Source: Candidatus Falkowbacteria bacterium
Lineage (GTDB): Bacteria > Patescibacteriota > Patescibacteriia > UBA11705
NCBI GenBank assembly: GCA_003518055.1
Contig: DOZJ01000004.1
Span: 6,073-70,072 of the forward strand
Direction: 5' to 3'
DNA length: 64,000 nt
Shown here: positions 38,606 through 48,207 of the stretch, piece by piece
Numbering within the stretch: the stretch's first letter is position 1
Layout: the number at the start of each line of letters is the position of its first letter
Program-made: the position numbers and the translations under genes
The notes under the pieces: generated by a model
Databases searched by the model: none
Told to the model about the DNA's origin: nothing
What the model saw: the letters and a program-made list of their open reading frames with translations, nothing else

Positions 38606-39520
38606 ATGTCCTTCAAAACCCTGCCAGTAAAGAAAATTCGTCCCGAAGCAACATTGCCTATTCGCACTACTGACAATGCGGTTGGCTATGATGTTTTCGC
38701 TTCCACTGCATTCCGTGTTGATCGTGCCGATGATCAAAGAAAAATTCAAGAAGAAATCCCTTTTCCGGTAACGATCAATCCGCATGAAAGTTTTCTTTTT
38801 GGTATTGGCATTGCCATGGCTCTCCCGTGGCCTTATGAATGCCAAGTCCGGTCACGAAGCGGCATCGCAACTTATGATAAAATTCAAATGCTCAATTCAC
38901 CTGGCACGGTTGATCCTGATTTCCGCGGTGAAGCCGGCGTGCTTCTCTTTAACCAAGGGAGCAAGCCTTACTTGGTCCACCCCAACCAAAGAATCGCGCA
39001 GTTGATTTTTTCTAAAGTGGAAATTCCAGACTTGATTGAAACAGATGAATTGCCGGAAACTCGCCGCGCTGAAGGTGGGTTCGGTTCCACCGGCCAATTT
39101 GGCACCGGCCTCGGCACCGAAGAATATCGACGCCGCCAATCGATTATCGATCAACAGTTCATGGCTATGGCGGAAGCGTGCGGCCTCCGTGCCAGAATCA
39201 GCTCCAGTCAAAAATCAAGCGGCTGTGTCATTGTCCATCGCGACAATATCATTGCATTTGGCTGCGAAAATTGCGCCTTATCATTTACTCCAATCAGCTG
39301 TATCCTTGATGCGATTACCAAGGCGGCCAGAGCTGGACATTCGACTCATGACAGCTGCGCCTATGTGACAGCCGATGAGATTTCCATCGTTGATCTGAAT
39401 CTTCTAATTTATTCCGGCATCACTGAAGTTGTATTCCCTGCCGCCACGACTGAAAAAGCCGTCACGCAAAAAATTGTCAAACATTTGTCCAAAGTAAATA
39501 TCGAAGTCCGCTACGCCTAA
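38606..39520 (+). CDS. dut: dUTPase fused to a degenerate dCMP-deaminase-like domain
   Basis: AVGYD, RSRSG, GTVDPDFRGE, RIAQL, R.EGGFGSTG; then FMAMA...GCVIV....IIAFG...YVT...LIYSGITEVV. Confidence 0.88.
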   Translation: MSFKTLPVKKIRPEATLPIRTTDNAVGYDVFASTAFRVDRADDQRKIQEEIPFPVTINPHESFLFGIGIAMALPWPYECQVRSRSGIATYDKIQMLNSPGTVDPDFRGEAGVLLFNQGSKPYLVHPNQRIAQLIFSKVEIPDLIETDELPETRRAEGGFGSTGQFGTGLGTEEYRRRQSIIDQQFMAMAEACGLRARISSSQKSSGCVIVHRDNIIAFGCENCALSFTPISCILDAITKAARAGHSTHDSCAYVTADEISIVDLNLLIYSGITEVVFPAATTEKAVTQKIVKHLSKVNIEVRYA

Positions 39521-39545
39521 ACACCGTCACAATCGGTGTTTTTTC
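39519..39545 (+). terminator. Intrinsic terminator
   Basis: AAACACCG-7 nt-CGGTGTTT plus Ts. Confidence 0.65.
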
Positions 39546-39546
39546 T

Positions 39547-40095
39547 TCAACTGCGCCTTTCGCAACCGACAGAACCATGTTTTACCGCGTTATATCGAAT
39601 ATAATGACGAATCCGTTCCAATGATTTTTCATCACGAATAATGTGATCATGATATGATCGTTGCCATTTAAAATTTAACCAACCTGATTGATGGATTAAT
39701 TTGGATGCGGCGGATTTAAACGATCCAATTATCACCGGCAATTTTTCATAATTATGATTATTAATTACCACCGGTAAATGTAGGTGCAAGGTATGCCTTG
39801 CACCTACATTTACGTTGCCGGTCCCAATCACATCATCCAAATTTTTAATAAATAAAATACCATGAACATGATCCGGTAATACGTTAAATTCATCTATTTC
39901 CACTATTTCAAAATGTCGCTCTAGCTCCACCCAACATTTTTTCACCCATTCTCCGTATTGATTTAGTTTCATTTCTCCCTCGATAATTCTACCCAAATCA
40001 AAACTCCCGCGCCTCACTTTGATCGTCACAAAATAATAACCATATCGGCCGTAATTCCAACCGTCCAAACGCCTTGATTTATATTCATTAAACAT
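39547..40095 (-). mobile_element. REP-associated tyrosine (HUH/Y1) transposase, RAYT-like
   Basis: SRRL..WNY..YFVTI, PDHVHGIL (HUH), FKS, WQRSYHDHIIR, YI..N. Confidence 0.85.
39774..39813. repeat. Perfect GTAG-type palindrome inside the RAYT gene
   Basis: GTAAATGTAGGTGCAAGG-TATG-CCTTGCACCTACATTTAC. Confidence 0.85.
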
Positions 40096-40153
40096 ATATT
40101 ATATTATAACTGTTTTTTTGTAATTAATGATTAAAAATGCTAAACTTATCCAT

Positions 40154-41065
40154 ATGACAAACTTTTTTATTCGGCAGAAATTCATCGATGAACGCCTCGA
40201 CAAATATTTGGTGGCGCGGCTGCGTCTCTCACGCAATCAAGTCCAAAAATTAATTAAGCAGCATCAAATAACCGTTAATGACCGCCTTCCCAGCGTCCAT
40301 CAATTTTTACGCTCCGGCGACAAAATTTCCATCAACCAACCCGCGACGGCCCAAACCGATAACAGCGTCAAAACCGTTCCCAAAATTATCAAAACGACCG
40401 CCGACTATTACATCATCAATAAACCAGCGGGATTACTGGTTCATCCAACCGCTAAAGGCGAAACCGATACGCTGCTTGATTGGCTGCTTGCCTTTGATCC
40501 CAAATTAAAAACCGTCGGCGACGACCCCAACCGCCCGGCGCTCATTCATCGTTTGGACAAAGAAGTTTCCGGTCTGATGATTATTCCCCGCCACTTGGAT
40601 GCGTTTGACCATTTCAAAAAATTATTCAAAACTCGCGCCATTCACAAAACCTACGTCGCTCTGGTCCACGGCACCATCGCCGCCGAATCCGGTATTATTA
40701 ACTTCCCCATAACGCGGTCAAAATCAGGTTTATATGTCGCTTCACCGCAAAATTCCGCCACCGGCCAATCCGCCGAAACCAGATTCAAAGTGACCAAACG
40801 GTTTGATCACCACACGCTACTCGAAATCAACCCCAAAACCGGCCGCACCAACCAAATCCGCGTTCATCTCAATGCCATTGATCATCCGATTGTCGGCGAC
40901 CCGCTTTATACCAACGCCAAAATCAAACCTCAATACAATTTCAATCTCGACCGCGTATTTCTCCACGCCGCCGAATTGAATTTTGTCGATCTTAATCAAC
41001 AATCAGTATCTGTAAAATCAACTTTGCCTAAAAACCTTCAAACCATTCTTGAATCACTCGATTAG
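40154..41065 (+). CDS. rluD: RluA/RluD family pseudouridine synthase
   Basis: S4 domain, NKPAG, HRLDKEVSG, TGRTNQIRVH, GDPLY, LHA. Confidence 0.92.
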   Translation: MTNFFIRQKFIDERLDKYLVARLRLSRNQVQKLIKQHQITVNDRLPSVHQFLRSGDKISINQPATAQTDNSVKTVPKIIKTTADYYIINKPAGLLVHPTAKGETDTLLDWLLAFDPKLKTVGDDPNRPALIHRLDKEVSGLMIIPRHLDAFDHFKKLFKTRAIHKTYVALVHGTIAAESGIINFPITRSKSGLYVASPQNSATGQSAETRFKVTKRFDHHTLLEINPKTGRTNQIRVHLNAIDHPIVGDPLYTNAKIKPQYNFNLDRVFLHAAELNFVDLNQQSVSVKSTLPKNLQTILESLD

Positions 41066-41066
41066 T

Positions 41067-41885
41067 ATGGCTTTTAATTTTCACAACCAACCGATCCAGA
41101 CAATCTATGAACCGACACCGGACCGAACCCGCGATCTGACGGAATTTGCTGTCTTAGTCAACACTCAACTGGATTCAATCCTCCAAACCAGCCACCTGCC
41201 ATACACCGTCTCCGGAGAAAAAAAACCAATCACCATTTCCATTCAATTCACTCATTTTTTGGGACCTGACGAATCCAAAGTTGTCACACCGCCGTCAAAA
41301 TTAAAATCGCCGCAAACCATTACAATCACCATTGAAATTGATCGCGCCAACCGCTTTCGTCATCTTCGGACATCCGAAACGAGTAAACTGCTCGAAGATA
41401 CACTGGCTTTCGGCCTTTCCAATTTAACTGTCCGACAAAAATTAACCGCCGCCACCACCGCCGGTGATGAGCAAACAATCGCCAAAATAATTTACACTCT
41501 GCTTGATAAAAGTTTTGCCACCAAACAGCTGCGCAAAAGCGACCAGTGCCGAACCAAAGACGATCTGGGTGTTTATCTGTCCAACTCCATTTTCAAAACC
41601 CTTGACGCGCCGCAACTCAAAACATTTCTCACTTATCTGATCAAAAATATTTTGGCCCAAACCGCCGTGGCCGCTCGTCAAACCGAGATCTCAGATGACG
41701 GGCTGGCTCAAATTTTATCTTCTCAATTTGATCATCTTGTCGCGCTAGAATTCAACCGGACATTTGATCCGGAAATAAAAACCTCCGTCGGCCGCTATCT
41801 CGTTGACAAAACCGCAGACGTCGCCGCCCGCGGCGCCATGTTTGAAGCCTTGAAACAACAAATTATCAACGATCTAGTTTCTTGA
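41067..41885 (+). CDS. Hypothetical protein (paralog of the next gene)
   Basis: Long ORF in operon-like spacing; no recognised motif. Confidence 0.7.
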   Translation: MAFNFHNQPIQTIYEPTPDRTRDLTEFAVLVNTQLDSILQTSHLPYTVSGEKKPITISIQFTHFLGPDESKVVTPPSKLKSPQTITITIEIDRANRFRHLRTSETSKLLEDTLAFGLSNLTVRQKLTAATTAGDEQTIAKIIYTLLDKSFATKQLRKSDQCRTKDDLGVYLSNSIFKTLDAPQLKTFLTYLIKNILAQTAVAARQTEISDDGLAQILSSQFDHLVALEFNRTFDPEIKTSVGRYLVDKTADVAARGAMFEALKQQIINDLVS

Positions 41886-41899
41886 ATAATTTTTTCGCC

Positions 41900-42916
41900 A
41901 TGTCCAAATTCATCAAACCAATCAATCAACTCGAGTTCTGGCGCGGTGACCAAACCCTGCCGCCCGGGCACAAACTCCAATGGCACGACCGCAAATTGGT
42001 CGCCCTTGATGTTGGTTCGGAATTCCAGCAATTCCTCGCCGAATTGAAAGAAACCAACAAAATTTTAAACCGCCTTTTTGAGGCGAAACTTCAAGCCGCT
42101 GGTCTGCCCTTTAGCACCAAACCCGACAAAGAGATTTTCCAGCTGACCCTGCGATTTGCGCCGCCATATACCAGTCCGTTTGAACAAACTAAAAGTGAAC
42201 TTGAAGCTAAAGCCGCCAAAGGCGAACGTTATTCCCCCAGCGCCGACGAAATAATTTTTTATCTGCATGTAGATGAAGACCAACAGTTCCACGGTGCCCG
42301 AACTGTAGCCTATGATGCTCTGAGACTTGGTGCCATAACGGACAGCCTGACGAACCAAGGAATAAATTCCTTTCACCTTGATGCCGCATTAACCGCTCTC
42401 ATAAAAAATCAGGACGTAAGCGGTATCACCGATTTATTGATCAAGAGACTCCAAAAATCCGGTGAGGTTAAAAACATTTTGGCTTATACCGACGTTTCAA
42501 CCGTTGAGGAAGCGCGAGTTAATTTTGCTCAACCATATTTTAGCAACTTCAATCGGACCATTTACCGCAATTTCGCTGAAGCCATGTTGCTTAAAATTCT
42601 CAGACACGAAATTGATTCATACATCACCGAGCCCTCCCTCACCCCCAAGGAAAAAGAAGCCACCGCCGCGCAACAAAAAAACCGTCTCTTGGAGATTATC
42701 CTGGAGTTTACAAAAATAAAAATCGGCAGTTACCACCCCATCGATATGGAAACAATTTTAAGCCCGAATATATCTCTCAAAAATCTTGATCTTGACAAAC
42801 TCTCAGCGGAAGATATCGAACACTATGTTAATATCCAAACTCGTGCTTATTATTATTCATTGATCAAACGTGCAGAAGATGAAGCCAAAAGTCAGCGTTC
42901 AGCGCCCAAAAAATAA
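41900..42916 (+). CDS. Hypothetical protein (paralog of the previous gene)
   Basis: Long ORF in operon-like spacing. Confidence 0.72.
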   Translation: MSKFIKPINQLEFWRGDQTLPPGHKLQWHDRKLVALDVGSEFQQFLAELKETNKILNRLFEAKLQAAGLPFSTKPDKEIFQLTLRFAPPYTSPFEQTKSELEAKAAKGERYSPSADEIIFYLHVDEDQQFHGARTVAYDALRLGAITDSLTNQGINSFHLDAALTALIKNQDVSGITDLLIKRLQKSGEVKNILAYTDVSTVEEARVNFAQPYFSNFNRTIYRNFAEAMLLKILRHEIDSYITEPSLTPKEKEATAAQQKNRLLEIILEFTKIKIGSYHPIDMETILSPNISLKNLDLDKLSAEDIEHYVNIQTRAYYYSLIKRAEDEAKSQRSAPKK

Positions 42917-42921
42917 CCTTT

Positions 42922-44409
42922 ATGGAACATCGGCTTGAACATCAAGACCAAAACCCAATTAAAGACCGCTTCAAACAAAAAATTGAGAGCGAGCCTAATC
43001 TTGAATTTATCGATCAACTGTTCGAAATGTTCCCCGCCGCTAAAATTTATCTTGTAGGCGGAATTGTTCGAGATACCTTAATCGGTGAACACGTCAAATC
43101 AAAAGATTATGATTTTATCATCTGCGGGGTTCCCCATCAAGAGCTCGAAGCCGCGATGACCAAACTCGGCCAATGGACCTTTGCCGGTAAAAATTTCGGC
43201 GTCTACAAATTTCGGCCGTATAATTTTACTTTAAAACACGAATTTGACATTGCTCTCCCCAGAACCGAAAAAGCTCGCGGCACCGGCCGCCGCGCCGACG
43301 TCGATGTCCAATCCGACCACACCATGAAGGTCGAGGATGATCTCGGCCGCCGCGATTTAACCATCAACGCTATGGCCTGGGATCTAAGAAATCACACGTT
43401 GATTGATCCTTTTCACGGCCGCCAAGATTTACGCGACCGCAAAATTCGCTCTGTTGGCAATCCATTCGATCGTTTTACCGAAGATCGATCCCGAATGCTG
43501 AGGGCTATCCGCTTTGCCTGTAAATTTAATTTTGCCCTTGATCCTTTGACCTACGACGCTATTGAATCTTTCATGCCTCGCATCAACGATGCCGAGCTTA
43601 ATCCGGAAACCAATAAAGTCGAAAAAATCACACCGATGGAAACCGTCAAAACCGAAATTTTTAAAACCTTGGCCGCCGACCCGTCAAAAGCCTTTCGGCT
43701 ACTAGAAAAAACCGGCGCTTGGCGGGCTATATTACCTGAATTGGATATTCTGAGAAACAACCCTGAAATATGGAAACAACTGAAAACTTCACTGGAAATT
43801 TTATCCAAAGAAAATTTGGAAGCTGAGCTGGCCGAAGAATACACCCTCGATGTTTCCACTTTTCACAAATCCGGTGACTTTGTTTTTGCCGTCATTTTAT
43901 ATTATCTCAAATTAGCCCTGCCTCCACAGGTTGAAGCTAACACCAAAAAGGCTACTCGTCGAGACAACCCCATCAATCAAATTTATCATCGCTTTGTTCT
44001 GACCAATCCGGAAAAAAACAAAGCTTCATGGTTAATCGATAACATTGACGTCTTTACCACCGGTCTACCCACCAACTGGGCTGACCAAGAAAAACTTTTA
44101 GCGCACCAACACACCGCCGACGCTCTCGCTCTGGCCCTAATCATTCACCAAACCGACGATCAACTCGATGATCACCTGCGATATGAAAATCAAAAAGACG
44201 CTATCAATGCCTTTGGTCAACTTTTTGCTGCAACCGGTGAACTGCCACCACCACTTCTAAACGGCCGAGACATTTTACAAGAACTCAACATGGATAAAGG
44301 CGGACCGATTGTGGCGGAAATCCAAAAAAAATTGCGTCATTTACAGTTATCAGGCAGAATCAAAGATAAAAAGACCGCTATCGAGTGGCTTAAAACTCAT
44401 TCATTATGA
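42922..44409 (+). CDS. cca: CCA-adding enzyme / class II nucleotidyltransferase
   Basis: VGGIVRD, DYD, RRDLTINAMA, DPFHG, ED..RMLRAIRF. Confidence 0.88.
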   Translation: MEHRLEHQDQNPIKDRFKQKIESEPNLEFIDQLFEMFPAAKIYLVGGIVRDTLIGEHVKSKDYDFIICGVPHQELEAAMTKLGQWTFAGKNFGVYKFRPYNFTLKHEFDIALPRTEKARGTGRRADVDVQSDHTMKVEDDLGRRDLTINAMAWDLRNHTLIDPFHGRQDLRDRKIRSVGNPFDRFTEDRSRMLRAIRFACKFNFALDPLTYDAIESFMPRINDAELNPETNKVEKITPMETVKTEIFKTLAADPSKAFRLLEKTGAWRAILPELDILRNNPEIWKQLKTSLEILSKENLEAELAEEYTLDVSTFHKSGDFVFAVILYYLKLALPPQVEANTKKATRRDNPINQIYHRFVLTNPEKNKASWLIDNIDVFTTGLPTNWADQEKLLAHQHTADALALALIIHQTDDQLDDHLRYENQKDAINAFGQLFAATGELPPPLLNGRDILQELNMDKGGPIVAEIQKKLRHLQLSGRIKDKKTAIEWLKTHSL

Positions 44410-45011
44410 AAAAAAATTACAAATCCGGCTTTATTGTTGTCATCGCCGGCCCGACCGGAGTCGGTGAATCAACGGTTACCAAAGCCTTGATCAAACTTTA
44501 TCCCAACGCTATTAGATTGGTTACAACCACATCAAGACCAAAACGCCTGAATGAACAGAATCATATCGATTACCACTTTCTATCAAAATCCCAATTTGAA
44601 AAAAACATTCAGGCCGGCCAATTTTTAGAATGGACCTACATCAAAAAACGAGATGTTTATTATGGTACCAAATTGGCTGATTACACCAAACTTCTAAATC
44701 AAGGTAAAATGATTTTTTTCAATTGTGATGCCAAAGGTCTTCAAGCCGTTCGTAAACAATTTCCCCAACAAAATGTTTCATTTTTTATCACCTACAAATC
44801 AATCAATGACAACCGCCGAAGATTGCTTCATCGCGAGCCCAATATTACGCCTGAAGAATTAAATAAACGAATAGAATACGCTACCTTTGAAGTTCTTCAT
44901 GAAAAAAAATACTACGATCGTGTAATTGTTAATTACATGGGAAAACTGCCTGAAACCGTCAAAAAAGCCAAAACAATCATTGATCATGCCCTAAAACAAG
45001 CCAACTCTTGA
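44406..45011 (+). CDS. gmk: Guanylate kinase family protein
   Basis: GPTGVGES, TTTSRPKR, DYHF, FLEW, YYGT. Confidence 0.85.
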   Translation: MKKNYKSGFIVVIAGPTGVGESTVTKALIKLYPNAIRLVTTTSRPKRLNEQNHIDYHFLSKSQFEKNIQAGQFLEWTYIKKRDVYYGTKLADYTKLLNQGKMIFFNCDAKGLQAVRKQFPQQNVSFFITYKSINDNRRRLLHREPNITPEELNKRIEYATFEVLHEKKYYDRVIVNYMGKLPETVKKAKTIIDHALKQANS

Positions 45012-45036
45012 CATTTTTCCCACGATCAGTTATTAT
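45008..45036 (+). promoter_or_regulatory. sigma70 promoter of rplS
   Basis: TTGACA-17 nt-TATTAT. Confidence 0.65.
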
Positions 45037-45145
45037 AAAGCCACATAATTACCATAAAAAAGCTAGAAAGCTAGAAAGCAAGATAAGTTAAACATCGCAC
45101 TACTTATCTCGCTTATTTCACTTATAACTTATCTCGCTTATAAAT

Positions 45146-45496
45146 ATGTCTGAAGAAAAAACCTCTACCGTCATCAAAGAACCTAAACTTTACCCTGACG
45201 TTGCCGCCGGCTGCGTGGTTCGCGTGCATGAAAAAATCACCGAAACCAACGCCAAAGGCGAAGAAAAGCAGCGTGTCCAGGTATTTGAAGGAATGGTAAT
45301 TCAAAGAAAACACGGCAAAGGCATCACCGCCACGATCACCGTCCGCAAAGAATCTGACGGTATCGGCGTGGAAAAAATTTATCCGCTGAGCGCCCCGATT
45401 GTGGAAAAAATCGAAGTGGTCAAACGCTTCAAAGTCCGCCGCGCCAATCTTTCATACCTCCGCAATTACTTCAAACGACTCAAAGAAATCAAATAA
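45146..45496 (+). CDS. rplS: 50S ribosomal protein L19
   Basis: RVQVFEG, TVRKESDGIGVEKIYP, KVRRANLSYLR. Confidence 0.97.
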   Translation: MSEEKTSTVIKEPKLYPDVAAGCVVRVHEKITETNAKGEEKQRVQVFEGMVIQRKHGKGITATITVRKESDGIGVEKIYPLSAPIVEKIEVVKRFKVRRANLSYLRNYFKRLKEIK

Positions 45497-45507
45497 TTCT
45501 TGCATCA

Positions 45508-45530
45508 TAAAACTGGCTTTCCGCCAGTTT
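45508..45530 (+). terminator. rplS terminator
   Basis: AAAACTGGC-TTTCC-GCCAGTTTT. Confidence 0.75.
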
Positions 45531-45585
45531 TTGTTTTGGGTCTATTAACAATCTCCCCTAACTTAAACCTGGTAGCCCAGCCCGA

Positions 45586-45730
45586 CTCCCGCCCTAAAAG
45601 ACGGGAAAAATTCTCTTCCCCGCGGCTTTCTTGACTGCCGAAGCTTCAGCGCAGGCAGTAGCCCGGGAGCTCAACTCGGCCTCCCGCCCTAAAGGACGGG
45701 AATAATTCACTTCCCCACGGCTTTCTTGAC
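45586..45730. repeat. Two ~50-bp direct repeats (45586-45635, 45681-45730) with internal hairpins
   Basis: CTCCCGCCCTAAARGACGGG...CGGCTTTCTTGAC twice. Confidence 0.8.
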
Positions 45731-45788
45731 CAACAAATCATTTTTTCAAAAACAATAAAAAACAGTGGTTTTCACTGTTTATTGCGAC

Positions 45789-46040
45789 TTATCGCCGCTC
45801 AAAAAACTTCTCACTATCGCCTTCACACTGATCAGTTCGAACGTTAATAACCAAATACTCATTTCCATATGACAGCTTTACCTGATGATCGCTGATCCAT
45901 TCCATCCCGACAAACGGCACATCCGGCCGCACTCGCTGAGCCACCTGAACCCCTGCCGTCAAACATTGTACACAAAGATTCGCGTCTCCGAGAACCATGA
46001 CATCGTCTTTTTCTTGACCACAGCCATGCTCGCATCGCAT
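45789..46040 (-). CDS. Small protein with a ClpX-type C4 zinc-finger-like N-terminus
   Basis: CxxxC...LCxxC; SD AAGGAGG; own TTGACA-17-TAGATT promoter (46077-46105). Confidence 0.65.
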   Translation of the reverse strand: MRCEHGCGQEKDDVMVLGDANLCVQCLTAGVQVAQRVRPDVPFVGMEWISDHQVKLSYGNEYLVINVRTDQCEGDSEKFFERR

Positions 46041-46125
46041 ATCCACCTCCTTTGTGGGTTAAAGCAATATCACCTCAATCTAACATGACAAACAAATCCT
46101 GTCAAATGTCAACATTGAAGAATAC

Positions 46126-46950
46126 TTATAACTTCCCTCTCGCTTGAACCAACTTCATTATCTTTTCCAATTCGTAAGATGTCTCCCATGGAAATAAATT
46201 TTGTTCATGCTGACCACGGTTCACCTCACTTTTAAAATACGTTCCCACAATAACACCATCGACGTCATAATCATGAACATTATCAGGAGTAATACCACTT
46301 CCCAATAACACCGGCAGTTCCCCAGCCACCGACTTTACTTCAGACACATCTTGAACCGTCGGCGCGTCCCCTGTCCACTTACCCGTGACAATCAGAGCAT
46401 CGGCCCCTTTTTCTTCCGCTTCAGCCGCCGCCTCCGCAATCGGCCGCTTAATCAGATGCTCGGCATGCTTGACTTGAATATCCGCCAAAATTAAAACCTC
46501 ATCTGCCGCGATCTGTTTTCTATATTCCAAACATTCCTTCGCCTTTGGTTCAAACACTCCGTATTCTGTTTTAACTCGATCAACAAATACCGGCACTCTG
46601 ACAAACTGAAAATTATATTTTTTCGCTATTCTCAATGCGTTTTCATAATCATTCCATAGTAGAGAAATCCCTAAAGGCAACTTTGTTTTTTCTCTTAACA
46701 ATTCACATAAATATTCAAAATCTTGAATCGTAGACATCAAAACTTTTTCATAATGCGGCACATCATAATTATTTTCAATCATCACGCCATCGACGCCGCC
46801 TTTTTCCAACGCTTCCAAATCTGCAGACATTTTTTCTTTCAACCGATCCAGTCCCGGATAACCGGCATAGCCTGACATTGGGCCGAGATGGATCATACCA
46901 ATAATAAACGGCTTCAATTTTTTCTTAAATAATTTGCTTAATTTATTCAT
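46126..46950 (-). CDS. BtpA/SgcQ family TIM-barrel protein
   Basis: IIGMIHL, ENNYDVP, ADIQVKHA, ADALIVTG, GSG, VGT.FK. Confidence 0.9.
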   Translation of the reverse strand: MNKLSKLFKKKLKPFIIGMIHLGPMSGYAGYPGLDRLKEKMSADLEALEKGGVDGVMIENNYDVPHYEKVLMSTIQDFEYLCELLREKTKLPLGISLLWNDYENALRIAKKYNFQFVRVPVFVDRVKTEYGVFEPKAKECLEYRKQIAADEVLILADIQVKHAEHLIKRPIAEAAAEAEEKGADALIVTGKWTGDAPTVQDVSEVKSVAGELPVLLGSGITPDNVHDYDVDGVIVGTYFKSEVNRGQHEQNLFPWETSYELEKIMKLVQARGKL

Positions 46951-46999
46951 ATATCAATATTGTAAATGAAAATAAAAAAAAGAGCTAGTATTTACCAGC

Positions 47000-48181
47000 T
47001 CATTTACCGGACATCTTCTTGGGCATGAATTGCTGAATTTTTTGCATCAATTCATAAGGCTGCCCACTCATCAAACATTCCATACTCAGTTTAAACCCCT
47101 CCTCAAAAGTTGCCGCCTTTTCTGCGAGCCATAACAATACCGCCGCGTTTGCCACCACCAAATCACGAGCCGCCCCCTGAATATCTCCCTTGAGCAAAGC
47201 TAATGAAAATTGACCCTTATCACCAATCGGCGTAATCGCGTCAGCATCAATCGGGTCCAAACCAAAATCTCGTGCTTCCAACTCATATTCATGAATTTTT
47301 CCATGACGCAATTCCGCCACCATGGTTCCACCAGCGCATACTGATACTTCATCCATTCCCCGATAATGATGTTTATCGATAAAACCACGAACCACCAATA
47401 CTCGTTCAAAAAAAGTCACTCCCCTTTCATTTAATACCTGCAGGGCTTCGGCCACCACTCTGGGTTTCACCAAATGATTAACACCGATCACCCTTCGAGT
47501 CATGATTCTTGGATCAATCGGATTAGTAATGGGTCCAATAATATCATTCATGTGGGGCAGTTGCGCGATTTCATGAGTCTGCAGGTGTATTACTTTGTAA
47601 TTCGTATCAAGCGCTTCAGTATAGCCAAAACCAAATTGTTCAATCGCTAACTCAACTTCATTGCGCTTGCTGTACTCATTGATATTACAAATTAAAGCTA
47701 CAAAATCTGAACTGCCGTAACGACCTTGATCAGCGTTGGCCGGAGATCCATGTTTTCCCATGGAGATTCCCATCGCCGCCGCAATAAATGCCGCCACCGT
47801 ACTGACGTTCGGAGTCACCACCAAATCTCCACCCATGCCGCAATTATCCATTACCATCGATACCTTGGGAGTCAAAAATCCGTAACGTGACCTTCTAATA
47901 TCAGCTTCAAATATCGCTGCGCACACCCCCGCAATCTGCTCCGCCGCATTGGCTGGCAGCCGATGGCCGTGCAAATCTTCCGCTTTCTGCGACCTGACCC
48001 ATTTATAAGTCGCGTAATTATGAAGCGCGCTCAATGCCGCCACGCTCTGAATCTGAGCCAAACGATTCCCATTACATCCTTGTAGTGCATACAACCCCAA
48101 GGCATATGCCTCTTCATACGTTAACGGAATATTCTGATACGCATGATTTTTCAACACATGCTTGATGTTCACGTTCTCCAT
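47000..48181 (-). CDS. trpD: Anthranilate phosphoribosyltransferase family protein
   Basis: DNCGMGGD, NVST, KHGS, GSSD, GPITNP, GMDE, ANAA; SD GGGGG fits ATG 48181. Confidence 0.82.
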   Translation of the reverse strand: MENVNIKHVLKNHAYQNIPLTYEEAYALGLYALQGCNGNRLAQIQSVAALSALHNYATYKWVRSQKAEDLHGHRLPANAAEQIAGVCAAIFEADIRRSRYGFLTPKVSMVMDNCGMGGDLVVTPNVSTVAAFIAAAMGISMGKHGSPANADQGRYGSSDFVALICNINEYSKRNEVELAIEQFGFGYTEALDTNYKVIHLQTHEIAQLPHMNDIIGPITNPIDPRIMTRRVIGVNHLVKPRVVAEALQVLNERGVTFFERVLVVRGFIDKHHYRGMDEVSVCAGGTMVAELRHGKIHEYELEARDFGLDPIDADAITPIGDKGQFSLALLKGDIQGAARDLVVANAAVLLWLAEKAATFEEGFKLSMECLMSGQPYELMQKIQQFMPKKMSGK

Positions 48182-48207
48182 TGCCATCCCCCTGTGGTTT
48201 CGGTAAT

